Source of the DNA: Sporopachydermia quercuum
Lineage: Eukaryota
DNA length: 64,000 nucleotides
Direction of reading: 5' to 3'
Assembly: GCA_001599295.1 (NCBI GenBank)
Contig: BCGN01000012.1
Coordinates: 124,001 to 188,000, forward strand
A program made the translations under genes and the position numbers. Below the pieces are notes generated by a model. That model did not search any database. It had not been told where the DNA came from and saw only the letters and a list, made by a program, of their open reading frames with translations. Below are positions 22,614 through 34,213 of this stretch, one piece after another (the first letter of the stretch is position 1; each line of letters begins with the position of its first letter).

Positions 22614-23911
22614 AACCAAAGAAGCATTCTCAGTATACGGAAGAATTGCGGAAATGATAAATACATAGGGGGTGTATCTAGAGATAACATGGAAGTCGGA
22701 ATTTATAATTGATGATGGTGACGATGATGATGGTGCTTGCAAGATTAAGGATAAAATGGTTACTTCATTGTTATTTACATTGATTTCTAGATTTTCCTGT
22801 TTGTCATGAAAGGAGGAGATTTTAAGAATTATACCTGCTGTTGTTGCATTTTCTGTTCAAAATAAGCGAGCGCGTAGTAGTTCGGTGCCTACATTACCAT
22901 ACTCTCAGTAGCCTAATACTATCTAATCTACAATAAAGTGTCTGCCTAGGTTCTAGGCAGGTTGGTAGCACAAAGAACGTTCAATGGTAGCAGCCTTATT
23001 GAATTATTTCTGAAAACCTATAATTTATAGATTAGATATCCTATTTCACTACTGGTCATTTATTCAAAATGTCGGTGATTCATTTAATGCTTTACTTGCC
23101 GATGGGCTCCGAGAACATTAGTGATAACCTGTATAATTTCCATAATTTGACACGTACGGAAACCATACCGGTCTTATCATCAATGATAACTCATCTACAA
23201 GAAAACCATAATGAACGAATAATAGAAACCGTTCAGTAATGATGACAATAACAAGAAAATGGTGAAAAACTAGTGAATATTTATTCTATATTTGAATAGA
23301 ATCTAATTACCGGGTTTGATATTAGTTAATAGTTTGGAGTATTTCGGAACACTGCATCGTCGGGTGATCCGCTTAGGTTGATTGCTCCTCTTCTCATAGG
23401 TATTCACGTTTCTACCGCTAAATAGCTATTATTGCATATAGTAATAGCCTCACTGTTAACGATATTGATATCTTTTTCACCCTCTTTTCACTCTCACTTT
23501 TTATTCTCGCTATTTGTTCAATCACCGCAACTTATTCATGCCATCCTCTCATTCTTACCGATTGGATATTATTTCCGAAATGCTTGCGTATAAATGCAAT
23601 TTAAAGTTCAGATCAGAGTGTGGAGAAATAAAGTTTCAGGCTAAAATCTCAAACATTAAGTCCATCTCCGCCATTTTTAAAGAATATTTCACCGTATTTC
23701 ACCGTTTTCCTCTCCTTTGACCTATAAAAGTAATTGATTTCCCCGATTAAACAACAAAAACCGTTGAAGAACAGGTAAATAGTTTGAATTGACTACTAAT
23801 TTATCTACTTTACTACTTTCTCTTCCTATACTTTCAGGATATAGCAGATTGTATCATAGTCTTTTCTTATGCTTAGCAGCTGTTGAAACAGAGTATTAAA
23901 TAGAATATATT

Positions 23912-25552
23912 ATGACAGAACACATTTTGCGATCGAAACGATCACCAACTGCACAATTATTCAAAGGAAACTGCTCCTTATACAGCAGAAACCAACCGCA
24001 TTCTTATTCTGATGATGTTTGCTATGTGGAATCTCACACGGGACATAGTGTGACATTTAAGCAATTCTGGGACAAAGTTGAGGCTGCTACCTATTTATTA
24101 GCTAATAAGTTCAACATTAAAGACGGAGACGTCATTGCTCTTTTCGCAGAATCAAGCATTCTTGTCCCAATTGTTCATCATGCTGTCTTGTCCCTAGGTG
24201 GTATCATCAGTCCCATTAATGTAGGATACAACGCTGAAGAGTATCATCATTGCTTGACAACAGCTGGTATCAAGTACTCTTTCACTGGTCATCAGTATGT
24301 TAAGGTAGCTGAGGACGCAGCAAAACTAGGAGGAAACGTCAACCCAGGACATTCTCTTGTCCATATTGAAGAGTTTGCCAAGTTACTTGACCAGGAGACC
24401 CATAGACAAGGACCCATTTTGATATCAGAAGAGGAAGCAGCTAAGAAGATTGCCTATTTGTGTTTTTCATCTGGGACATCAGGAAACCCCAAGGCTGTTA
24501 TGTTGACACATCTAAACATTTCTTCCAATTCTCAAATGACTCGTCAAGTTGATGACACAACTTTTGCTGAACGAGCCACCTTTTTAGCAGTTTTACCGTT
24601 AACTCATATTTTTGGTTTGCAATTGTACCTTCATTTGTCGTTGTGTGTTGGATTCAAGGCAGTGATAAGCCGTAAATTTGATTTGGCACATTTCCTTGAA
24701 ACAATTATCAAATATGAAGTTACCCACACAGCTTTGGTTCCACCAATTTTAGTGGTATTAGCAAAGCATCCATTGATTGATCAGTTCCCTGACATTTCCA
24801 AGACACTGAAGTTCATTATTAGTGGTGCAGCTCCTTTGTCAGATACTTTGGCTCATGCTGTCATGGACAGAATTCGTGTTAAAGTTGTCCAAGGTTATGG
24901 ACTTACAGAGACATCTCCAGTTGCTATGTTGTCAGGAATTGAAGATCCTGCTCCTCCTGGAGCTGCTGGTAGATTATTGCCTTACCAAGAATGCCGTTTG
25001 ATTGATGAAGAAGGCAAAGATGTCACGCAGTTACATACAAAAGGTGAAGTATGGCTAAGAGGACCAAATATCATGCTTGGATACTTCAACAATGAAGCAG
25101 CGACAAAAGACTGCATGACGCCTGACGGATGGTTCAAAACCGGTGACGTTGCTATTATTGAAGAGAATGGCTTATTCTATATTGTGGATAGAATCAAGGA
25201 ACTTATTAAGAGTAAGGGACACCAGGTGGCCCCTGCTGAACTTGAAGCTATATTACTTACTCATCCTTCTGTATTGGACTGTGCTGTCACAGGCGTTAAG
25301 GACGAGGAAAACCAAACTGAACTGCCACGGGGGTATATTGTGTTTGCAGAAGGGGCTGACATATTTGCAGTTAAAGCTTGGTTTGATGCTAAGGTAGCAA
25401 GACATAAGCGATTGTGGGGCGGAATCGTTCCAGTGGATGCAGTCCCCAAATCACCCTCAGGTAAGATTTTGAGAAGATATTTACGCGATCGCAAGCATGA
25501 CAAAGCTTTATATGTTGGAGATGCAACTAAGATGAATAAGGCTAAATTGTAA
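23912..25552 (+). CDS. Peroxisomal 4-coumarate-CoA-ligase-like acyl/aryl-CoA ligase (AMP-binding; similar to Yarrowia Aal type)
   Basis: YLCFSSGTSGNPKAV, QGYGLTETSP, GEVWLRGP, GWFKTGD, DRIKELIK, PKSPSGKILR; C-terminal PTS1 -AKL. Confidence 0.9.
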   Translation: MTEHILRSKRSPTAQLFKGNCSLYSRNQPHSYSDDVCYVESHTGHSVTFKQFWDKVEAATYLLANKFNIKDGDVIALFAESSILVPIVHHAVLSLGGIISPINVGYNAEEYHHCLTTAGIKYSFTGHQYVKVAEDAAKLGGNVNPGHSLVHIEEFAKLLDQETHRQGPILISEEEAAKKIAYLCFSSGTSGNPKAVMLTHLNISSNSQMTRQVDDTTFAERATFLAVLPLTHIFGLQLYLHLSLCVGFKAVISRKFDLAHFLETIIKYEVTHTALVPPILVVLAKHPLIDQFPDISKTLKFIISGAAPLSDTLAHAVMDRIRVKVVQGYGLTETSPVAMLSGIEDPAPPGAAGRLLPYQECRLIDEEGKDVTQLHTKGEVWLRGPNIMLGYFNNEAATKDCMTPDGWFKTGDVAIIEENGLFYIVDRIKELIKSKGHQVAPAELEAILLTHPSVLDCAVTGVKDEENQTELPRGYIVFAEGADIFAVKAWFDAKVARHKRLWGGIVPVDAVPKSPSGKILRRYLRDRKHDKALYVGDATKMNKAKL

Positions 25553-28472
25553 GAGGCCAATAATGGCGAAATAGTATTTATACTTTCTATAGAGATAAAT
25601 GAATGAATGAATGAANAATGATGTGACTGTGACAACAGAATGACACTGGATGTCCGTTCACTTGGAGGTGAACTTTTGTAAAGGAACGCATCCTAACAAA
25701 ACCGAAGATAGCTAAACTGGCTCCCGGTCACATTTGCTGTTAATTCAAATTTAAAACCAGAACAATTGATTATCAAATGATGGAGAAAGTATCAGATCTT
25801 TACTCATTATCAAGAGCATCTTTAGGTATCCATGCCATACACGTGACAAATGTACATTGAAATATCGGGCGTAGGCATATACCATTTTAAGTTCCAAACC
25901 TAGTTTAATTAACCTCATACAGAGAAATAATAATCCCAAACTCTAATTCAAGCAAATTCCAGTTATCACCCAGTTTGGAATGTGGAGATGAATCATCTTC
26001 GGCCAGATTCTTGTCAAAAACAGTGAAAAATCATCCATTTTCAGGATCGGAATGTGATAGGAACTGGGAGAATTAGTAGAAAACGGTTACACTACTACTA
26101 GATTGAGAGCCCAGTTTGTTGGTTTTTTTTTTTCTTTCAATGAATTAAGTAGAATAATAAGAGTAGGAACCGAGATCTTAAGTGGGTGACTCATATTTGG
26201 TACTGAAGAATCGATAAGCAATTAGCAAAATGACAATTGAGACTATCTAGGTTGAATTTTTGTCTGTTGACAAAGTGAAAAGAACGCAATCAAGCTTAAT
26301 CTGTCGATAGTTTTAATCGTTTGTTACAGAGGTTAGACATGTGACGGAATAATATGTAGATACTTGTAGGAAGTGCTACAGAAATAGTCATCAAAACATA
26401 ATCAATTTGAATGATAATTCAAACCAATTAAATATATAGGTGCCAAACCCGTCGAAAGAATATCTTCACTCTTGCTATCACTATGACCTATTTACCACTC
26501 CATTGTCTTCTCCTCTCATAGCCGAACGTTTGTCAGTCTAAATACCCATATACCTATGCTCATTTACCTGTCAGCTTGACGCTGGCATTCATCGTAATAT
26601 TTTCAGTAATTTGAATAAAGATAAACAAACAAACATAGTAAACACCTGTGAAGCTTGTTAGCCGTATATAGCAAAAACACCATATAAAACATTGTAGATG
26701 GGATGAATGGAATTCGCTTTTGCAATTCTTACATTGGATTATCGTGCACCATACAAACAACGAAGGGCTGTTGCGCAAATGAATGACAACAATACTAACT
26801 AACATCCAAAAGAGCTATCAACGGTCTTGGATTTCAACGTCAAGTATTCATTAATTATCAATTTAATACACAATTATCAGCGTTATAATTATAACTATTT
26901 ACGATTCATATTCTATCATTTCTATTTTGTATCAGATTGTTTGTAGCTATTGTCTTCTTAGTAGACCTTTTGTATCAGCCTGTATCAATATGCACCAAAT
27001 TCGCCTATACATCAAAGGTACATTATCTGCATGAACTCTGACTTATGCATGACACGGATAATTCAATCGTCCATTCCCATTCAGTACTACCCGAGACAAG
27101 GTTTCACCATGAAATCTTTTGATTTGATCTGACGAAATCACCGTAGAAGCGAAATTCTATGAAGGAAAAGCTGCCAATACCATTAATTCACTAAAAACTA
27201 AGAGTAAACCGATAGAAGGTTATGATTGAGAGCCATGACTCCAATATGACAGGATTTGTTTAAATATGGGTATAATATGAGAAAATAGTGAGAACAGTGC
27301 CTCACAACCGAAGTACAGCATAGTTCACAAANGATTTCTTCTCAAGGGTGAACATGCTTCATAGACATCGATCTATGCTATGGTAGTTAATGAGAGAGCG
27401 ATAACCAGAATTTCAGACGGTATTCTTGATAAGTGCGATGGGTTAAGGTATGGAAAATGGGTAACTATAGCAAAATAAGACATTTTAGCTCTCAGATAGC
27501 TGTTTTTTCCATTGACGTCTGAGCATCATCTTTTTGTCTTGAAATCCTGAAGATCCAAGCAAGAATGAACAATAATTACACTCTACGAGATCAAATGTCT
27601 TGATTCGTCTTGTCTCCCCGGCCTTTTCAGATTGGATTTCTCTTTATAGTTGAATACTCAGACATGTCGATTGTATTCGAACCCAATCCATCTTGTCAGA
27701 CCTGTAGATTATAGATCCTCATAGTAATTTCCATCGTAACTTTCTTCCCATGGTGTGAAATTTTCTTGCATTTCTGATGACATTCACATCTGACATATGA
27801 ATGTCGTACGTTAAATTGGCCAATTTGTCACAGGAATATCGCCTTGTCTTCTTCATCTAATAATTACAATATCGAATGAGTTAATAATACTTACTGATAA
27901 CATCCAAATCCATCTCTTAATTTTGCACCTGCGGAATCGTTCCAAGGTATTAGTTTTCATATGAGTCTCCCCAATATCACCACTACCCAGCTATTCCCTG
28001 TCTCCTATCAAGCACTCTTCTATTCTTTTCCTATTCTTCTTCCACTTTTTCTTCCTTCCTTTCGCTTTCACTGTAAACCTCAAAATAGCTCATTGCAAAA
28101 AGCATACAACTTTAATTTTTCTATTCCAGAATTTTAGCCCAACGCCCAAACCTTAACTCAAAGGTTTTGACCAAAACCCAATCCCAAACTTTATTCACAA
28201 CAAATATAAACGCAACTTCTCCCTCGTCTGGTCGTCCTGGTTTCATGATTGTTGTTCCTTTCTTGTAAGATATTGCAAATTTATTTTGATTTTCTCTCTC
28301 TTCTTTCTTCTTTTCCTTTACTTTACCGCTTTATTTTCTTGTTTATTTGATTAATCAGAGAAGCAGAAATAAACAGAACACTCGCTAGGGATTTGCTTTG
28401 ATTGTCGGGGAATAAACAATACACCTTGTATTTTTATTTACTAAACACATACATATAGAAGGTATCATCACA

Positions 28473-30466
28473 ATGCGTTACTCTCTTACTTTTGCTGGTA
28501 CGCTCGCTTTATACGCTGGTCTCACCAAGGCCCAAAACAGTGAGTATTTGATTTGATTTGATGTCTTCAATTGAGGAAAACAATGGTAATTTTTTGTGGA
28601 TCAAAATGTCGATGTTCAGGGGTATGTACGAAGAATCATGGTCTAGGGCAAGTCTTCCGCCTTTGGATTGATTAACCATCGTGAAAAAGAAATTGGGGAG
28701 GTTATCACACGAGTGCTATTAATTTAAAGAAGTGGCAGCACTTATATATATATTTTTGGTTTCAATCTGTATTGAACGAATAATGGAAGGTGAACTATAG
28801 ATCAAGAACAATCATGACCCCACAGATCAGAAGGCACAAGAGGCAATGGTAGTTTAATCCTACGAGTACGACAACTGCAGCTTCCTCTTGTTTTTTATTC
28901 CGAGATAATATAATCATTTGTTTGATATACAATCAGTATTTGGGATTTGTATATATTTTCATTCATTCACTTTCCAAACTCATTTCACATCTTATTTTCT
29001 TCGGTGTGATTTTCGTTTCTTCGATTTTCGATCGATGTGACAAACTGATTGGTTCTAATTGTGCATTGGTACGCAGAATTGAACAATGGAATCTAAAAAT
29101 AGATATTTGTCACGACAAAAATATGAGCGGGACCCAAACCTTAATTTGGGTTTACGACTTAGGATTAGGATGTCCTGACAAGGCACGACAATTGGTTCAC
29201 ATAGAGTTCTTTGAACTGTTTTTTCTTTCTTTTTCTTTTCAAATAAGCGTCTTACTAACAGCCTAAATAGGTACCTCTGTTGGTACTAGAGTCCAAAGCG
29301 GATGCTCCTTTAGCACCTATACTGTCACTGCCGCCGCTGATTTTGACACCTTAGCTGCCTGTAGCACCTTGGTCGGTGACGTTGTCATTGCTGGTGACAT
29401 TCAAGTCGCTAATCTTGCTGGTGTCGAAGCCATCGCAGGTTCTTTGATCATCACCGACAACCAAAACTTAACTCAACTCTCTGCTGATAGTTTAACCACC
29501 ATTACTGAAAAATTCACCATCCACGACTCTACAGAGCTTGCTGGTTTGACTTTTCCTTCTTTGACCACTGTTGGTTATGTTGACTTCATCTCTATCCCCA
29601 CTCTTAGTAACTTGGGATTTTCCAGTGTTATTACTAACGCTGATGACGTTGTCATCTCCAACACTGGTTTGAGTGAATTGACCGGTATCGATGTTACACA
29701 GGTTGGTATCTACGACATCAACAACAACAGATACTTACACACTATCACTACTGGTTTGATTTCTGCCTCTGACTACATTACCATCGCTGCTAACGGTGCT
29801 GGTTCCGGTAATTCTTTAGTTGCTTCTTTCCCTGAACTTGTCTGGGCTAGAAATGCTACTTTCAGAGATTTAGATGAAGTCGCTCTCCCCAAGTTGGAGT
29901 ATGTTAATGGTTCTTTGTCTTTCACCAACACCAGTGTTACAGAAATTGAGCTTATTATCACTGATCTTGGTGGATCATTATCTTTCATTGCCAATGACGA
30001 CTTAAGCAGCATCAGTTTAGAAAACTTGACCAGCATTGGTGGTGGTTTTGTCATTGCTAACAACAGTGCTTTGGACACCATTGACGGTTTCCCTAACCTT
30101 GAAACAGTTGGAGGTGCTATTGAACTTGTTGGAAGTTTCAACAATGCTACTTTCCCATCTTTGAGGGCTGTTTCTGGTGGTGTTTCAGTTGAAAGTGATG
30201 GTGAAGACTTCTCCTGTGATGAATTTAGCGAAAAGGAAAAGAGAGGTGTTATCAGAGGTAATTCTTACCAATGTGTTGCTGGTGAATCATCCACCTCTGT
30301 ATCTTTGACTGCTTCTACTGACAGTGATTCCGCTACCTCTGCGGGATCAGATTCAGATTCATCTTCTGCTACCTCCACCTCTTCTGATGATGGTGCTTAC
30401 GCCAATGGTGTCACCGGATCTGTTGCCCTTGGTGCCATTGCTGCCGCTATTTTCAATTTCCTCTAA
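28473..30466 (+). CDS. ECM33: Ecm33/Pst1-family GPI-anchored cell-wall protein; exons 28473-28539 and 29271-30466
   Basis: Signal-peptide exon MRYSLTFAGTLALYAGLTKAQN, then intron GTGAGT..TACTAAC..TAG (731 nt). Receptor-L-like repeats (LxxIGG, FPxLxxVGG), Ser-rich linker and hydrophobic GPI tail. Confidence 0.92.
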
Positions 30467-31275
30467 ATACTGTATCCTAAGAAATAGGAAGAGGGAATTC
30501 AAAAGTGAAATGAGAATGAGAATGATCATGATGAAGGTTTTGATATGTATGATAAGCTTAGTGAAGTATTCAAGGCTAGGCTTATGTATAGTGTGAAAGA
30601 ACTGTGTGTATTTGTGGGCTTTGGTTAAAGATAATTTAATATTATTTTATTGTATTAATTACATCTTGTCTTATATATAAGTTTAGAAATTTTTTTTTTT
30701 GTATGCTAGTTAATATTGGAAGAGCAGCATATTCTTCTGGCGAATTACCTTTCTACCAAGGGGAACAATGCCAACATAGCAGGCCCTACTACTACGTATT
30801 ATGTGTAATGTACATATTTTGTAAATATGCATGCTAATATACTATTATATAGTATAGTAGATGAAAGGCTTGCGAAGTGAAACATGATACAACGCGAAGG
30901 AAGATCGCTTGAGATCAGAATTCTCAATGTTTTTTTTTTTTGTGGATGATAGATGTTAGTTACATATTTCATAGGGAACAGTCATCAAATATATATACAA
31001 ATATGTGAGAAAGGATACAAATATTTGCTTTGAAAGTCAGCACTTACTGGTTTAAGTTCTCTTTCATTATCTAGTCATCGTCTTCCCTACAATTTTTTGT
31101 CTTTACTAATACTCCTTCATGGTCACCTAGCTCATAAATGCACCTACATCTCTATTTAAACTACAGGGTCTCCTTCACATACATCCCCTTGAAAGACAAT
31201 AATCCTGACAACATCCAATAGATACGCACCGAAATGCATTGCTTCCATTTTATACATTCATTTACTTATGATTAT

Positions 31276-33433
31276 TTATAAACCTTTTCCATAATTGCCA
31301 GAAGCGAAAAAGTCCATAATGATCTTAACAATGTGCTCTAAAGCTTGCAGCCAAATTTCTAGTTCCTTGAGAACTTCTTCTTCGGTTTCGCTTGATGGTT
31401 CTCCACCTGAGGTATCAGCTAGTTTCTTATAGAAATCTTTTCTATAAGGGCAAGCTTTCATAGCAAGCTAGTTTGGAGTTAGTACACTGAAGGAAAAGAG
31501 ACGGCTTTTGCAGCTTAATGGCAATTGAGAGAACGATTTGAACATTACTGATAACGAGAAATCGGCTAGACAAAACCACCCAACGAAACAATGATAGTTT
31601 TCACGGTCAACACCATAGAATCCGCTGTCTTAAAGAAACGATCGTCCACTGTTTCCATGAAGGAGTGAAGTTGCATCAATCATAACAACAGAGCTTGGTT
31701 CGGCCTTCTGAACGGTGATTCTGATTGTTCTCAATACAAGTTGACTGAATTATTGAAGAAAATGAATAATCTAGTTGCCTGTTACTAATACATACCTTGA
31801 AAACAGGCTTAATAAGCATGTTGTGATGCTTGCTTAAAGTCTTGCTGTAAGCTGTAGTGAAAGAGTTACTTAATTCTTCGTCCTTATTATCAACACTTCT
31901 TCTCATAGAAGCAGCAGTGAATTCGAGTCCTCTGATAAAATGTTAGTTAGTGCAATTAATGTATTTGTCATAATAGTAACAACAATATCATCATTGATGC
32001 AAAAAGTGACTCGTTGTGTGCGNTAGTACTACAGTATCAGACCGTATTACGGCTTGATACGACATAGGATGAGGATTAAGGAAATACCGTAGTTGGGGGG
32101 TAATATGAATATCAACTACAGAGCAACTTTAAATTGCATAGTTACTGTCATTCTCCTTATTTTCATTCTCCAACTGTCGTATAATATCCTATCGTATCAT
32201 ATCCTGCCGTATCATGAGTCAGACAGTCCTTAATCTTCGCAAAATACATACCTTGTAAGCCATAATAAACCTTGAGTAGCATCTTTTTTCTTACTTCCAG
32301 CTTCATCCAGTACAATGGCTTGTAAAGTGTTGTATTGAACAGGATTAGTCAAATATTTGGATCTGATTTTCACGACATTTCCTGTCATATCCTTCTGAAC
32401 GACTGAGAAAGCACTTGAGCCAAGTAAGTCTATTTTGCTACAAGGTTAGTAGGATGTATGAGAAATCAAGAGCAAAGAGCAAAGGAATGAATATATAAAC
32501 GGATATCAGACGTATAACACAATAAATAACGACATATGGTAATCAGTCCTGAATCATGATTTAGTGTACGAGCGAAATAGCAATAGGAATAACAACCCTC
32601 AAACCATAATTCTGCGGATAAACTTATCAACGAGAGCAGTTATTGTGAGAAAACTATCATGTCACTCAAAATTGTTTCTTGTAAACTAATGAAGTAAATA
32701 ATAAAAGCCACAGAGAAAATAATATACAATTCAATCAAGATAACCTTTTAGTTGATTATAGAAAGCACATTACTATTATGCCTTCTCTTGTCTGTCTTAG
32801 GTGGGTTATTGCATCCAACAGTGAATAGCTCTTCACAATATCAATTGAACTTGACAATATTTTTTACAATTGCAAGAATCAGGATTAGTCGTTAAACTGT
32901 TAATGATCAATTGAGTAAACTACCTCGTCTCTCATTATCTCTGTGAGTATAATACGTCCAATCATTCTGATAAGATTGACCGCAAACGGCTGATTGTTGT
33001 AACTTGATATCGTAATAGAGATTTTGGACGTGACAAGTAAACTCTACTAATAATTTTTGAACCTCTTAAATCAGACGGCCTTCTTGATCCTAAACCGGTT
33101 CTACTGATTTGTATATGGATTTGTTCTGTCATCACACCAAATACACCCTGTCTGGGTCATATCTTGTAATTCAGATTCGCTAACAAATAATTCCTTTACA
33201 TTCCTTTCAACCAATTATGCTCGTATAAGATCATTTTAATCATAATTATCCCATCGCTTAATGCTTATCGCTTATTGCTGGTGCCTTGATATCTATTGAT
33301 CGTAATCATAATACATACCAAATAGCTTAATTAAAGACTCAGATGCTTCGAGGAACTCGCCAGTTAAGACTTGATCACTTTCAATAGGAACATCCTTGAA
33401 GGATTTCTTCATTCCATCAAAAAAAGACGGCAT
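31276..33433 (-). CDS. Glycolipid transfer protein (GLTP/HET-C2 family), 206 aa; exons 33433-33319, 32429-32252, 31931-31796, 31467-31276
   Basis: The spliced product reads FLEASESLIKLFDLLGSSAFSVVQKDMTGNVVKIR...GLLWLTRGLEFT...AYSKTLSKHH...VFKLAMKACPYRKDF. All three introns have GTATGT donors, ACTAAC branch points and YAG acceptors. Total 621 nt in frame. Confidence 0.93.
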
Positions 33434-34213
33434 TTTGGTAGATCTATAGTAATAAGAATAGTCGGAAATATAGCCAGGAAAAGCTCAAATCAAGCAATCA
33501 AGCAATAAAACAATCAATAAAACAACACAATTCACTAAATAAACTCCCAGAATACTACTTGTATGAAAGAACAAGCAATTGAACTGTATGAGAACGAAGG
33601 CGTGGTTATTGGCAATACAACGGTGGATACTACAATACAAGAAGAAATAAGGAATTCATAGAAACTGCTCCTACCGCAAGCTCGATGATGCCAGGTTGTA
33701 TTTACGCGTTTGTGGTGAGAGTTACGAGACGCATTTAATGATGACGTGATAGGAAAGAAATAAATGATTATATGAGATAGAAAGCTATTAAGATTTAAGA
33801 GAGAAAAAGTGGAGAATCATTTCCGAAATTCGTAGACGGAAGGATGATGTATTATTGAAGAGAATAGCCTGAAATGCATGTGATTGACTTGAATAGCTAT
33901 CTTGATGTTGTTGCTGCTCATTTGGCATTCGACTTCAAGCTTTGCTTCCTCTTATCCTCTCAATGTGGATCCCAACTACCTCCAACAATCTAAAATGACT
34001 TATACACATTACATTACACACATCTCAAAGACATGTTAAGATCAACAAATTATATGTGTATATTATATAGCAATCGAGTAACTAACTACTATAAGACTAT
34101 GCACCTATACAAACAGCAATAACTGCGAAACAAACACTTTGTTTTATACGTCCACGCATGTTTCATGCTATTTCTATCCTTATACAAGATATTTCTTGCA
34201 AAAACCTAATCAT

